Positions 41,679 through 53,665 of a DNA stretch of 57,545 bases are shown in pieces. How positions within the stretch are numbered: position 1 is the first letter of the stretch; every line of letters starts with the position of its first letter. Below the pieces are notes generated by a model that ran no database searches, had not been told where the DNA came from, and worked only from the letters and a program-made list of their open reading frames with translations. The position numbers and the translations under genes are program-made. The DNA is taken from assembly GCA_016875435.1 (NCBI GenBank), contig VGRE01000001.1:1-57545 (forward strand). The letters are read 5' to 3'. The stretch comes from Deltaproteobacteria bacterium (GTDB lineage Bacteria > Myxococcota_A > UBA796 > SXON01).

Positions 41679-42938
41679 CTACCCGGCGCCGCCCAGCTCG
41701 CGCAGCGGCTCGATCTGCGGCTGGGCGCCGTTCCGGATCACGTCCTCGTTGATGACCACTTCCTTGATGTTGTCTTGCGATGGCAGCTCGAACATGATGT
41801 CCAGCATCACCGACTCGAGGATGGTGCGCAGCCCGCGGGCGCCGGCCTTCCGGGTGACGGCCTTCTCGGCGATGGCACGCAGAGCCTCCGGCGTGAAGGA
41901 GAGCTTGACCTTCTCGAACTTGAACAGCTTCTGGTACTGCTTGACGATGCTGTTGCGCGGCTCCGCGAGCACGTGCACCAGGTCGTCTACCCCGAGCGGG
42001 TCCATGACGGCGAGTACCGGCAGGCGTCCGATGAACTCGGGGATCAACCCGAACTGCTCGAGGTCTTCCGGGGTGAGGATGCGCATCAACTTCTGCGCCA
42101 CCTCGCCCTTCTCGCCGCGCTCGTGCCCGAAGCCCACGGTCTTGCGGCCGGTGCGTTCCTGCACCAGGCGCTCGATGCCCTCGAAGCTGCCGCCGCAGAT
42201 GAACAGGATGTTCGTGGTGTCGACCTGCAGGAATTCCTGGTTGGGCAGCCGCTTGCTGCCCTTGATCTGGATGCTGGCGTTGCTGCCCTCGAGGATCTTC
42301 AACAGCGCCTGCTGCACCCCCTCGCCGCTCACGTCGCGACTCACGGAGCTCGAGAAGCTCTTGCGGGCGAGCTTGTCGACCTCGTCGATGTAGACGATGC
42401 CGCGCTGGGTTTTCTCCACGCTGTTGCCGCTGGCGTGGAAGAGGTTGAGGATGATGTTCTCGACGTCCTCGCCCACGTACCCGGCCTCGGTCAGCGCGGT
42501 GGCATCGGCCACCACGAAGGGCACGTCGAGCAAGCGCGCGAGGGTCTGGGCGATGAGCGTCTTGCCGGTTCCCGTGGGGCCCACCAGGAGCACGTTGGAC
42601 TTCTGGATCTCCACGTCGCCCGGGCGCGCCTTCCCCTGCTGGTTGGCCTCGAGGCGCTTGTAGTGGTTGTACACGGCCACCGCGATCCTTCGCTTCGCCG
42701 CGTCTTGCCCCACCACGTACTGGTCGAGGAAGGACTTGATGCGGGCGGGCGAGGGGATCTTGCCGCTGCCGAAGCTGATGCCGGTGGCGCTCTTGTTCTC
42801 GCGGATGATGTCGAGGCAGAGACGAATACACTCGTTGCAGATATAGACGTTTGGACCAGCGACAATCTTCTCGACGTCGCGCTGCGGCTTGTGGCAGAAG
42901 CTACACGACAGAGACGACTGGCTGGAGTACTTCGGCAT
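41679..42938 (-). CDS. clpX: ATP-dependent Clp protease ATP-binding subunit ClpX
   Basis: Zinc-binding CSFCHK...CNECI, Walker [18 protein letters not shown] and the IGF-like loop region. Confidence 0.95.
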   Translation of the reverse strand: MPKYSSQSSLSCSFCHKPQRDVEKIVAGPNVYICNECIRLCLDIIRENKSATGISFGSGKIPSPARIKSFLDQYVVGQDAAKRRIAVAVYNHYKRLEANQQGKARPGDVEIQKSNVLLVGPTGTGKTLIAQTLARLLDVPFVVADATALTEAGYVGEDVENIILNLFHASGNSVEKTQRGIVYIDEVDKLARKSFSSSVSRDVSGEGVQQALLKILEGSNASIQIKGSKRLPNQEFLQVDTTNILFICGGSFEGIERLVQERTGRKTVGFGHERGEKGEVAQKLMRILTPEDLEQFGLIPEFIGRLPVLAVMDPLGVDDLVHVLAEPRNSIVKQYQKLFKFEKVKLSFTPEALRAIAEKAVTRKAGARGLRTILESVMLDIMFELPSQDNIKEVVINEDVIRNGAQPQIEPLRELGGAG

Positions 42939-43039
42939 CGGCTCCTCGGTGCGGCGCTACAGGGACACTCTAAGCGTGGCAGGATCAGGGCGTCAACGTG
43001 CATTCGGCACGTCGAGCGTATGCTTGATACGAAACGGTC

Positions 43040-44191
43040 ATGCCTGCCGCGAGCGACTACTACGCCTTGCTCGGTGTCGCCCGCGACGCGACGGCCAAGG
43101 ACATCAAGAGGGCCTTCCGCGCCGCCGCCAAGGAGTGCCATCCCGACGTGGCGGGCGACGACCCCGAGAAGACCGAGCGTTTCAAGATGCTCCGCGCCGC
43201 CTACGAGGTGCTGGCCGACCCGGTGAAGCGCGCCGCCTACGACCGTCGCCTCGATCGCCGCGCCAACCCGAGCCCCTTCTACGGCAGCCACTGGAAGCAC
43301 GCCGGCAAGCCGACGGCGTCCACCACCGCGCACGCGCCCGGGGGCAACGACCTCGACCTCGAAGACCTGTTCAACGACTTCGGGGGCATCGACCTGGGCT
43401 TCGGCAAGGCGCCGGGGCGCACGCCCGGCCACGCCACCACGGCGCCGCACGGCAAGCCTCCGCCGCAGGGCGACGGCTGGTACCGCCAGACTCATGCCCG
43501 GCCGGCCGGTCGGTCTCGTCCCTCCGAGGCCAGGGCCGAGCCCTCCGGTCACGCCGGGCCCCCGGTCCAGGGTGACGACGTCAAGGTGAAGGTCGACGTG
43601 CCCGCCGGCATCGCGATGCGCGGCGGCCTCGTCACCGTCACCTACGTGCGCCTGGTGCGCGGCGACGACCTGCGCGCGGTGCACACCATCGACGAGTTGC
43701 ACGAGCTGCGGGTGCCGCCCGGGGTGCGCGAGGGCGAGGTGCTGCGCGTGGAGCGCCACGGGCACGCCGGTCCCAACGGCGGACCCTACGGCGATCTCGT
43801 CGCCACCGTACACATCGTCGGGCCTCGTCCCGGGGCGGCCGCGCCGGGCGACGCCGAGGGCGCGCGCGGTCCCCGGATGCGCATGCCGGCGTCCGGCGAG
43901 GGCGTGGTGGCCGAGGGCGATGTCGACGTGCTGCGCTTCGATGTCGGGGTGGTCGAGGCCATCCTGGGCGGGCGGGTGGAGGTCGACACCCCCCAGGGGC
44001 GCGTGCGGGTGACCATCCCCCCCGGCACCAGCTCGGGCACGCGCCTGCGACTGCGGGCGCGGGGCAACAACGGTCACGACGGGGCCGCTCGCGATCTCTA
44101 CGCCGAGGTGCGGATCGTCGTGCCCGCGGAGATCGACGAGGAGTCGCGTCGGCTCATCGAGGAGTTCGGGCGGCTCAACCCCGGGGAGTAG
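43040..44191 (+). CDS. J-domain protein (DnaJ/CbpA-like, no zinc finger)
   Basis: DYYALLGV...KRAFRAAAKECHPDV...AYEVLADPVKRAAYD, plus a DnaJ C-terminal beta-domain (GRVRVTIPPGTSSGTRLRLRARG). Confidence 0.85.
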   Translation: MPAASDYYALLGVARDATAKDIKRAFRAAAKECHPDVAGDDPEKTERFKMLRAAYEVLADPVKRAAYDRRLDRRANPSPFYGSHWKHAGKPTASTTAHAPGGNDLDLEDLFNDFGGIDLGFGKAPGRTPGHATTAPHGKPPPQGDGWYRQTHARPAGRSRPSEARAEPSGHAGPPVQGDDVKVKVDVPAGIAMRGGLVTVTYVRLVRGDDLRAVHTIDELHELRVPPGVREGEVLRVERHGHAGPNGGPYGDLVATVHIVGPRPGAAAPGDAEGARGPRMRMPASGEGVVAEGDVDVLRFDVGVVEAILGGRVEVDTPQGRVRVTIPPGTSSGTRLRLRARGNNGHDGAARDLYAEVRIVVPAEIDEESRRLIEEFGRLNPGE

Positions 44192-44471
44192 CGCGGGGGC
44201 GTGGCGACGGCATCGGGGTGGGCTACGCTGCGCGTCATGGCCGACCCCGAGGAAACCGCGGCGGAACGCGCCGAGCGTCCGGGAGGGTGAAGGACCTCCA
44301 GGACATCGTGCTGCTCCGCGAGGGGGGGTCGCGATCGACGAACCAGGGTGAAGTCGCGTTGGCGCCGTCCGCGCGCCGTCGCCAGGAGAGTGGCTCGCAC
44401 AGGGCCCACGGGGAACACAGAGTCGAGAGGCCGACCGCGCCACCGAGGCAGTGAGTTCCAGGCTTTTTCTC

Positions 44472-46826
<2,355 letters not shown>

Positions 46827-47109
46827 GGAATCTGGGCGCCTAACGTTGACACCGGCCCGCGGCCTTTCTACAAACGTCACATGGGCAACCTCTCCACGCA
46901 GAAGGCACCGCAGGCGTAGCAGGCCAGCGCCGGTCTCGGCGCTGCGGTGTCCACGCGGGAGGGCGGGAAGCAGGTCGCCGTCCACCTGATGCAACGCGGG
47001 CGCAAGTCCACGGCGGCGGCCGTGGAGTCGCGCCGCGCCGGGGAAACCGACGAGGCGGTGAGGGCCGCGCTCTCGCAGTAGCCTCCAGGCGTTGTAAACT
47101 GCGGGGCCC

Positions 47110-50100
47110 GTGGCCCAGGCCCAGCCCGTCCAGTTCGGTGAGTACCAGCTCATCGAGCGCCTCGCGACCGGCGGGATGGCCGAGGTGTACCTCGCGCGGA
47201 GCAGTGGCATCGAGGGCTTCGAGAAGCGGCTGGTCATCAAGAAGATCCTCCCCGAGCTGGCGCAGAACCCGCGCTTCGTCCAGATGTTCGTTCACGAGGC
47301 CAAACTCTCGGTCTCGCTGAGCCACCCCAACATCGTCCAGGTCTTCGACCTCGGGAAGGTCAACAACGACCCCTACATGGCCATGGAATACATCCACGGC
47401 CGGGACCTCACCTCGATCATGCGCGCGCTGCGTCGTAGCGGCGAGCGTATGGATGTGGGGATCGCCGTCTACGTGGCCGGCAAGGTGCTGCGCGGCCTCG
47501 GCTACGCCCACTCGCGCACGGCGCCGGACGGGCGCCCGCTCCACATCGTCCATCGCGACGTGTCGCCGCACAACGTCGTGGTGAGCTTTGAGGGCGAGGT
47601 GAAGCTCGTCGACTTCGGCATCGCGCGGCTCGTGGGCGAGTCGCTCGGCGAGGCGGATCCCTTGCAGGCGGGCCGGCCGGGCGGCGGCAAGTTTGCCTAC
47701 ATGTCGCCCGAGCAGGCGCAGGGCCTCGCCGTCGACCACCGCTCCGACGTGTTCTCGCTCGGCGTGGTGCTCTTCGAGATGCTGGCCGGTCGGCGGCTGT
47801 TCGCCAACGACGATCCCGACGAGAAGCTCAGGCAGGTCATCGCCTGCGAGGTGCCCGACATCCGCGCCATCAACGAGGCCGTGACCGACGCGCTGCATGC
47901 CATCCTCTGCACGGCCCTGTCGCGCCGCGTCGAGGACCGCTACCTCGACGCCGCGTGCTTCGAGGAGGAGCTTCGCGCCTTCGCCTTCGCTCAGGGTCTA
48001 CGGGCCGACGGCAGTGCGCTGTCGGCGCTGGTCCGGCGGCTGTTCGCCGCCGAGCTGGCGGGCGACACCTCTGCCACCAACCTCGACCTCCTGGCCGGCG
48101 ATCTCGACGCGATGCACACCGGGGTCGACCACGAGCCGAGCATGTCGGCCTCCACGAGCGAGAGCGCCTCCGCCTCCGAGGAGCGTGCGCACCACCGTTT
48201 GCTCGGCGTGCACGGCGAGCGCAAGAACGTGGTCGCCCTGGTGGTGGAGGTGAACGGTCTCACCGAGTTCTCCGCTCGCGCCGAGACCGAGGACGTGGGC
48301 CGCGTTCACTTCAAGATGCTGCGGATGGTGCGCACGCTGGTGGATCGCATGGGCGGCGTGGCCGAGCGCTTCGACGACGACACGCTCTTCGTGTTCTTCG
48401 GCCTCCCGCGGGCCCACGGCGACGACCTCGACCGGGCGCTCGGCTGCGCGCGCGAGTTCCACCGGCTCGCGGGCCGGCTCCGGCGGCGCGGCTTCGCGGT
48501 GGAGTTCAGCGTGGGCGTTCACGTGGGCGAGCTGAACGTCGGGCGCCAGCGGGGTCGCCACTACCGCTTCACGGCGCGGGGCGACACGCTCAAGACCTGC
48601 GTCCGCCTGGCCTACGCGGCCGACCCGGGCAGCACGCTGGTGTCGGACCGGGTGGCGGCGCTGGCCGGTGACCGTTTCCCTTTCGAGCGCGGCCCGGAGC
48701 TGCGTCGCAAGGGCACCCGCGGGCATCGCTCCACCTTCGTCCTCGGCGAGGGGCGGCGTCGCGCCGGGCGCGGTGTCGTTGGGCGCTGGCTGCGCCGGGG
48801 CAACGAGCTGGAGGTGCTCCGCGACGCCATCGGCGGCCTGCGCGAGGGCCGCGGGTCGCGCATCGGCGTGCACGGCGACGCCGGCATGGGAAAAACGCGC
48901 TTCTTCCGAGAGCTGCGCGAGCTCGCCTCGCGGCGGCAAATCCCGGTCTTCCACGGTCGCGCGCTCCCCTTCGGCGCAGATCGCCCCTTCGCGCCCTTCC
49001 GCGACCTCATCTCCGACATCCTGGGCATCGAGGCCGATACCCAGCTCGTCGAGGTCAAGGAGCGGCTGCAACGGCTCGCGGCCCTCCGGCTGGACGAGGT
49101 GGACATCGCGGTGATCGGCTCGCTCTACGCCGTGGAACTCGGCGACAAGGGCCTACCGGCACGCGAAGCGATCGACACGGTGCTGGTGAAGCTGGTGCGA
49201 GGACTGGCGCGGGAGCGGCCCACCATCGTGATGCTGGAAGACATCCAGTACCTCGACACGCTCGAGGGCCAGCTGTTCAACCAGTTGCTTCACGCCACCG
49301 AGGGCGAGTCGGTGTTGTTGCTTGCCAGCTGGCGAGGCGAGGCACCTCAGGGGTGGGCGGCGCGCATGGACGTGGTGCACCTGCGGCCCCTGGAGCCCGA
49401 GACGCTGGAAGCCCTGGCGGCCGAGGTGCTGGGCGCCGAGTCCATCGGCTCGGATCTGTCGCGACTTGTGCGACGCACGACGGAAGGCAACCCCCTTTAC
49501 CTGGAGGAGGTGCTCAAAGCGCTGCGCCAGGTCGGCCGGATCTGGTACGAGGGCGGCCGCGCCCGCCTGAAGGATCCCCAGCTCGATCCACGCATCCCCG
49601 ACACCCTCCAGGGCCTCATCGCCGCGCGGGTGGACACCCTCGATCCGCTCGCCAAGGGGGCGCTCCAGGTCGCGGCGATCGTCGGCCTCGGCTTCTCGCC
49701 GGTGCTGCTCGGCGAGGCCGTGGGCGCCGACGAGCCAATGGCGCTGGTGGGCGAGCTGGTGCGCGCCGGGCTCGTGGTACCGGACGGGCGCTCGCCCGAC
49801 ACCGCCTACTCCTTCGCCTCGGTGCTGGTGTGGGAGAGCGTAGATAGGGGTATTCTCGGCGTACAACGTCGTGAGTACCACCGCATGGTCGCGGCGGCGA
49901 TGGAGCGGGTGTACGCGGGGCGGCTCGAGTCGGCCATGGAGAGCTACGCCCAGCATTGCCAGGCCGGCGGGCGGCAACGCGACGCCGTGGCTGCCGTGCT
50001 CCGGGCCGGGGCAGATCATCGCAACGCACAGTTCTTCGAGCGCGCGCTGGACTGCTTCCTCCGCGGTATCGCCTGGCACGACGCGGCCCCGCGCGGCGAG

Positions 50101-51063
50101 AAGGCGCACGGCGTGGAGGCCGAGCTGCACGTGTGCGCCGGCGAGGTGGCGGCGTTGCTCGGGCTCCCCACGGCCGAGCGCATGTTCTCGGTGGCCCTCG
50201 ACATCGCGAGCGAGGTCGGTCCCCGGTCGTGCGAGGCCCGGGCGCTCCTGGGGATCGGCCAGCTATACGCGCAGCGCGGAAAGCTGGCGGTCGCTCGCGC
50301 CAACGTGGAAGACGCGTCGCGCATCGCGCGGCGGCAGGGCGAGGTGGCCCTCCACGTGCAATGCCTGGAGTCGCTCGGCGCGATCGCGCTCGACGAGGGC
50401 AACGCAGAGGAGGCGCGCAGCTTCTATGCCGAGGGCCTGAGCGTGGCCGGCGAGCGGGGCGACCTGGCGGCGCGCATGATCCTGGGCCTTGCCTGCCACT
50501 CTCTCCGCAAGGGCGAGAACGCTGCCGCGCTGGCGATGCTGAAGGAGGCGCTGCCGCACGCCGAGCGTGCGACCGACCGCGTCCTCGCGGGACGAATCGT
50601 CAACAACATTGGCATCGCCTTCATCGACGAGGGCAAGCCGGCCGAGGCGCTCGTCGAGTTTCGCCGGGCGCTGGAGCTGCGACGGGGGCTCGGCTACCGG
50701 CGTGGCGAGGTGATCAACCTCCACAACATCGGCGACGCCTACTTCCGCATGGGCGACCACCCCCGCGCCTGGGCCGCCTTCGAGCAGAGCCGCGACCTCG
50801 CGCGGGAGTGCGGCTGGGAGCGCGGCGCGGTGCTCAACGAGGTGTACCTCGCCTACCTGCGCGGCGGGCGCGGGGAAGACGCCGCCCCGGAGCTGAGTCG
50901 TCTCGCGACGGTAGCCACCCGCCTCGGCGAGCCCGAGTCGGGCTTCACTGCCCGGTGGTTTGCAGCGCGCTTGCTGGGCGACAAGGCGGGCGAGGCCGCG
51001 GTGGCGTCGGAGGCCGCCGCGGCGGGCTTCCCGAGCCTCGCCCGGCAGCTCGGCCAGGGCTGA
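47110..51063 (+). CDS. multidomain Ser/Thr kinase - cyclase-homology domain - AAA/STAND ATPase - TPR protein
   Basis: HRDVSPHNVVV and DFGIA (kinase). VVALVVEV...FFGLPRAHGDD (class III cyclase-like). GDAGMGKTRF (P-loop). C-terminal TPR-like repeats. Confidence 0.9.
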   Translation: MAQAQPVQFGEYQLIERLATGGMAEVYLARSSGIEGFEKRLVIKKILPELAQNPRFVQMFVHEAKLSVSLSHPNIVQVFDLGKVNNDPYMAMEYIHGRDLTSIMRALRRSGERMDVGIAVYVAGKVLRGLGYAHSRTAPDGRPLHIVHRDVSPHNVVVSFEGEVKLVDFGIARLVGESLGEADPLQAGRPGGGKFAYMSPEQAQGLAVDHRSDVFSLGVVLFEMLAGRRLFANDDPDEKLRQVIACEVPDIRAINEAVTDALHAILCTALSRRVEDRYLDAACFEEELRAFAFAQGLRADGSALSALVRRLFAAELAGDTSATNLDLLAGDLDAMHTGVDHEPSMSASTSESASASEERAHHRLLGVHGERKNVVALVVEVNGLTEFSARAETEDVGRVHFKMLRMVRTLVDRMGGVAERFDDDTLFVFFGLPRAHGDDLDRALGCAREFHRLAGRLRRRGFAVEFSVGVHVGELNVGRQRGRHYRFTARGDTLKTCVRLAYAADPGSTLVSDRVAALAGDRFPFERGPELRRKGTRGHRSTFVLGEGRRRAGRGVVGRWLRRGNELEVLRDAIGGLREGRGSRIGVHGDAGMGKTRFFRELRELASRRQIPVFHGRALPFGADRPFAPFRDLISDILGIEADTQLVEVKERLQRLAALRLDEVDIAVIGSLYAVELGDKGLPAREAIDTVLVKLVRGLARERPTIVMLEDIQYLDTLEGQLFNQLLHATEGESVLLLASWRGEAPQGWAARMDVVHLRPLEPETLEALAAEVLGAESIGSDLSRLVRRTTEGNPLYLEEVLKALRQVGRIWYEGGRARLKDPQLDPRIPDTLQGLIAARVDTLDPLAKGALQVAAIVGLGFSPVLLGEAVGADEPMALVGELVRAGLVVPDGRSPDTAYSFASVLVWESVDRGILGVQRREYHRMVAAAMERVYAGRLESAMESYAQHCQAGGRQRDAVAAVLRAGADHRNAQFFERALDCFLRGIAWHDAAPRGEKAHGVEAELHVCAGEVAALLGLPTAERMFSVALDIASEVGPRSCEARALLGIGQLYAQRGKLAVARANVEDASRIARRQGEVALHVQCLESLGAIALDEGNAEEARSFYAEGLSVAGERGDLAARMILGLACHSLRKGENAAALAMLKEALPHAERATDRVLAGRIVNNIGIAFIDEGKPAEALVEFRRALELRRGLGYRRGEVINLHNIGDAYFRMGDHPRAWAAFEQSRDLARECGWERGAVLNEVYLAYLRGGRGEDAAPELSRLATVATRLGEPESGFTARWFAARLLGDKAGEAAVASEAAAAGFPSLARQLGQG

Positions 51064-51114
51064 GTCAGGGCGTCGTAGGCGCAGCGGCTCGAGTCCAGCC
51101 GCATCGGCGAGGCG

Positions 51115-51315
51115 GTGAACTACGCGGCGCGTCTCTGCGGGCTCTGCCCGGCCCTGAACCAGGATCTCGTCGTGAGCGAGACCGTCTACGACGCGTGTCG
51201 CGAGCTCCACACCTTTCGCGAGATGCCGAAAATCAAGGTCAAGGGCATCGCCGGCGAGCCGACTCTATGGGCAGTCACGGGCCCCCGGAGGCCCGGCGGG
51301 AGCAGCACCTCGTGA
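51115..51315 (+). pseudogene. isolated C-terminal fragment of a class III adenylate/guanylate cyclase domain
   Basis: (IGEA)VNYAARLCGLCPALNQDLVVSETVYDACRELHTFREMPKIKVKGIAGEPTLWAV matches only the last third of the domain. An in-frame TAG at 51076 blocks any N-terminal extension. Confidence 0.45.
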
Positions 51316-52217
51316 ACGTCTACGAAGAGAACCGCGAGATGCTGGAGCAGACCTGGGCGCGCGTGCGCGCGCGGCTCGACACCTACCCTGGTCGCCTCGG
51401 CGAGCTGGGGTTCCGCTTCTTCGACCAGGTGGGCGTGGACTCCCTGATCGCCACCGACGCCGCCCCCCTGCTCCACCTCCCCCTGTGGCTTCGTCGCGAC
51501 GTCCACCCGCAGGCGATGGGCGACATCCTGGAGGGCACGGCGCTTTCCTACGCCTACGTGCGCATCCTCGACAACCTCGTGGACGAGCCCGAGTCGAGCG
51601 GCTCGGCGGCCCTGATGCACGTGGCCAACGCGCTGTTGTGGGACGCTCTCGACCTGTGGCGGCCGCACGCCAACGCGCGCGCCTGGGCGGCCTGTCGTGA
51701 CGCATGGCTGCTGTACAGTGACCGCACGGAGGCCGAGCGCCGCATCGTCACTGGTCGCGACGCATATGCGTTCGAAGACTTCGTGGAACACGCCCAGAAG
51801 TGCGCGCTCGCCGAGGCGCCTCTCTACCTGGTGCTCTCTTCGAGCGGCGACGCCCGCACCTGGGAGTCGGTGCGCCCTCTGGTTCACGAGCTCGCGGTGT
51901 CCTACGGCCTGTTCAACGACGTGATGGGCAATGCCCGCGACCTCGAGCGCGGCGCGCACTCCTTCCTCCTGGCCAAGGCGCGCGCACTGGCGGAAAACCG
52001 GGGCGGTGGCGCCGACGTGGAGCGCATCCTCGCCACCACCTCGCTCCAGGAACGATTCCTCGACGAGGCCGCCGTCGCGCTCGACCGCGCCCGCCCCCAC
52101 GCCGAGGCCCTCGACATGCCCAACTTCCCCATCTTCGCCGAGGAGCGCAAGGCGCGCCTTCGCCAGGTGAAGGAAGGAATCACGCTGCTGCGATTGGTGA
52201 GCTCGCTGGCAGCCTAA
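51312..52217 (+). CDS. isoprenoid-synthase-fold protein (squalene/phytoene synthase-like, first Asp-rich motif degenerate)
   Basis: GTG at 51312 overlaps the preceding stop (GTGA). YVRILDNLVDE sits where DDxxD/DxxxD is expected. FNDVMGNARDLERGAHSFL resembles NILRDVGEDxxRGRxYLP. The protein is predicted all-helical. This is only the last 301 codons of the 753-aa shadow ORF. Confidence 0.5.
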   Translation: MNVYEENREMLEQTWARVRARLDTYPGRLGELGFRFFDQVGVDSLIATDAAPLLHLPLWLRRDVHPQAMGDILEGTALSYAYVRILDNLVDEPESSGSAALMHVANALLWDALDLWRPHANARAWAACRDAWLLYSDRTEAERRIVTGRDAYAFEDFVEHAQKCALAEAPLYLVLSSSGDARTWESVRPLVHELAVSYGLFNDVMGNARDLERGAHSFLLAKARALAENRGGGADVERILATTSLQERFLDEAAVALDRARPHAEALDMPNFPIFAEERKARLRQVKEGITLLRLVSSLAA

Positions 52218-52265
52218 GGACAGCACCCCGGTGATCCGATCCCACGTCGTGAACCCGGAGTCCCC

Positions 52266-52499
52266 ATGTCGGCCATGCCCTCGGCGCTGCAGGAGCTCGT
52301 CGGGCGCTCCCTCATCGACGCGGACTTCCGCAAGTCCCTCATGAGCGACACCCGCGGCACGCTGCCGCGCGAGGGTTTCGAGTTCGACGAGTCCACGCTC
52401 GCCGCCATCGAGATGGCCACACGCGACCCCGAGCGCGTGCGCAGCTTCTCCGATGCCTTCTGGGCAGAGTTGTTGGGTCGCGGCGAGTACCTGGTTTAG
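52266..52499 (+). CDS. 77-aa peptide resembling NHLP/Nif11-related (Os1348/Franean1_4349-type) putative RiPP precursors
   Basis: GGAG lies 5 nt upstream of the ATG. LQELVGRSLIDADFRKSLMSD...GFEFDESTLAAIEM recalls the leader-like helical repeat of that clan; this is from memory. Confidence 0.55.
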   Translation: MSAMPSALQELVGRSLIDADFRKSLMSDTRGTLPREGFEFDESTLAAIEMATRDPERVRSFSDAFWAELLGRGEYLV

Positions 52500-52508
52500 G
52501 GCGCGGCC

Positions 52509-53531
52509 ATGCAAGTCCACCCGCTCGAGTTGGTGGTGCGCCAGCCAGAGGCGTCGCCCGAGGTGCGCCGCGTCGATCCCGGCGCGGCCTTGCTCGCCAC
52601 CCGGCCTCGGCCGGTACCGGCCGAACTGCGCGGGGTCCACGGCGAGCACGTGCTCACCACCCCCGACCGCCGCGTGCACCTGCGCCTCGACGCCCAGGAA
52701 TACCACCTGTGGACGCTCATCGACGGCAGGCGCACCGTGGCCGAGATCGCCACGGCCTACTTCCTCCGCCATGGCGCGCTCCCCGTGGGCCGCGTCGGCG
52801 CCTTCATCAGCAGCCTTCGCTGCCACGGCCTGGTGGAGGTGGCGCCGAGCGATTTTCTCCGCGAGCGCGGCGCCGGACTCGCCGAGTGGCGCTGGCACGG
52901 TGCCCACGACGTGGCGGAGCTGGCATGGCGGGCGGTGGGCCCGATGTTCCATGCTGCGATGGCGCCGATCTGGGCTGCCGTGCTGGGCCTCGGCGCCTAC
53001 AGCTGGGCGATCGACGACCGGCTCGCGCCCACGGGCGCCGGGACGGTGGTGGGGGCGACCCTGCTCCTCGCCGCGATCCACGTCTTCGTCCACGAGCTGG
53101 GCCACGCGATGGCGGTGGTCGCCGCCGGGCGACAGGTCCGCTTCGCCGCCGTGGGACTGGCAGGCTTCTACGTGGACAGTACCGACCTGTTCCTCGGGAC
53201 CCGGCGCGAGCACGCGATCGCGTCGCTCGCGGGGCCCTTCGCCACCGCGCTCCTCACTGCCGGCTGCGCGCTCCTGGCCTGCTCCGCGTCCGCCGAGCTC
53301 GCCGGGGCACTCCGGCCGGGGGTGTACCTCGGCCTCGGGGTGCTAGCCCTCACGCTCTACCCCTTCGCTCTCGACAATGACGGTCGCCGCGCGTGGAGCG
53401 ACCTGTGCGGCGAGGCCGAGCTCGGCTGGCCGGCGGTGCGCGCCGTGTTCACGATGAGGGGGTGCCCGAGCCAGTGGACATACACCCTCGGCGCGGCGGC
53501 GATCCCCCTCACGCTCGTGCTCTCGCACTAG
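52509..53531 (+). CDS. M50 (site-2 protease family) membrane metalloprotease with N-terminal PqqD/RRE-like domain
   Basis: EYHLWTLIDGRRTVAEIATAYFLRHG...FISSLRCHGLVEV is PqqD-like. HELGHAM is the HExxH motif. LYPFALDNDG is the second M50 motif. Several TM helices. Confidence 0.7.
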   Translation: MQVHPLELVVRQPEASPEVRRVDPGAALLATRPRPVPAELRGVHGEHVLTTPDRRVHLRLDAQEYHLWTLIDGRRTVAEIATAYFLRHGALPVGRVGAFISSLRCHGLVEVAPSDFLRERGAGLAEWRWHGAHDVAELAWRAVGPMFHAAMAPIWAAVLGLGAYSWAIDDRLAPTGAGTVVGATLLLAAIHVFVHELGHAMAVVAAGRQVRFAAVGLAGFYVDSTDLFLGTRREHAIASLAGPFATALLTAGCALLACSASAELAGALRPGVYLGLGVLALTLYPFALDNDGRRAWSDLCGEAELGWPAVRAVFTMRGCPSQWTYTLGAAAIPLTLVLSH

Positions 53532-53665
53532 CGCCCCTCTCCCGCTTGGGGAAGGGGTTCCCGAGGGGCGGGACAGGGCAGGGACACTGGGACATCGACG
53601 CCCCACCCCCACGAGCCAACCGCCATTTTCGGCGCGGCACGCCCCTTGCATAGCTGTCTCAGGCC

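Noticed and set aside
41125-43226. 568-aa (-) and 566-aa (+) ORFs overlapping clpX and the YqgE-like gene
   Set aside because: They are alternative frames of clpX, and ClpX motifs are present only in the 41679-42938 frame.
44192-44471. 280-nt convergent intergenic region between the DnaJ-like gene and lon, considered as a possible ncRNA (tmRNA, SRP, 6S, RNase P) or small gene
   Set aside because: I recognised none of the conserved motifs of those RNAs. The ORFs there (for example 44218-44454 +, 44098-44418 -) have no family resemblance. A covariance-model scan would be needed, so no claim is made.
49956-51311. N-terminal 452 codons of the 753-aa ORF ending in the SQS/PSY-like protein
   Set aside because: It is an out-of-frame shadow of the kinase-STAND-TPR gene and is Arg/Gly/Pro-rich. 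The coding signal starts only at about 51312.
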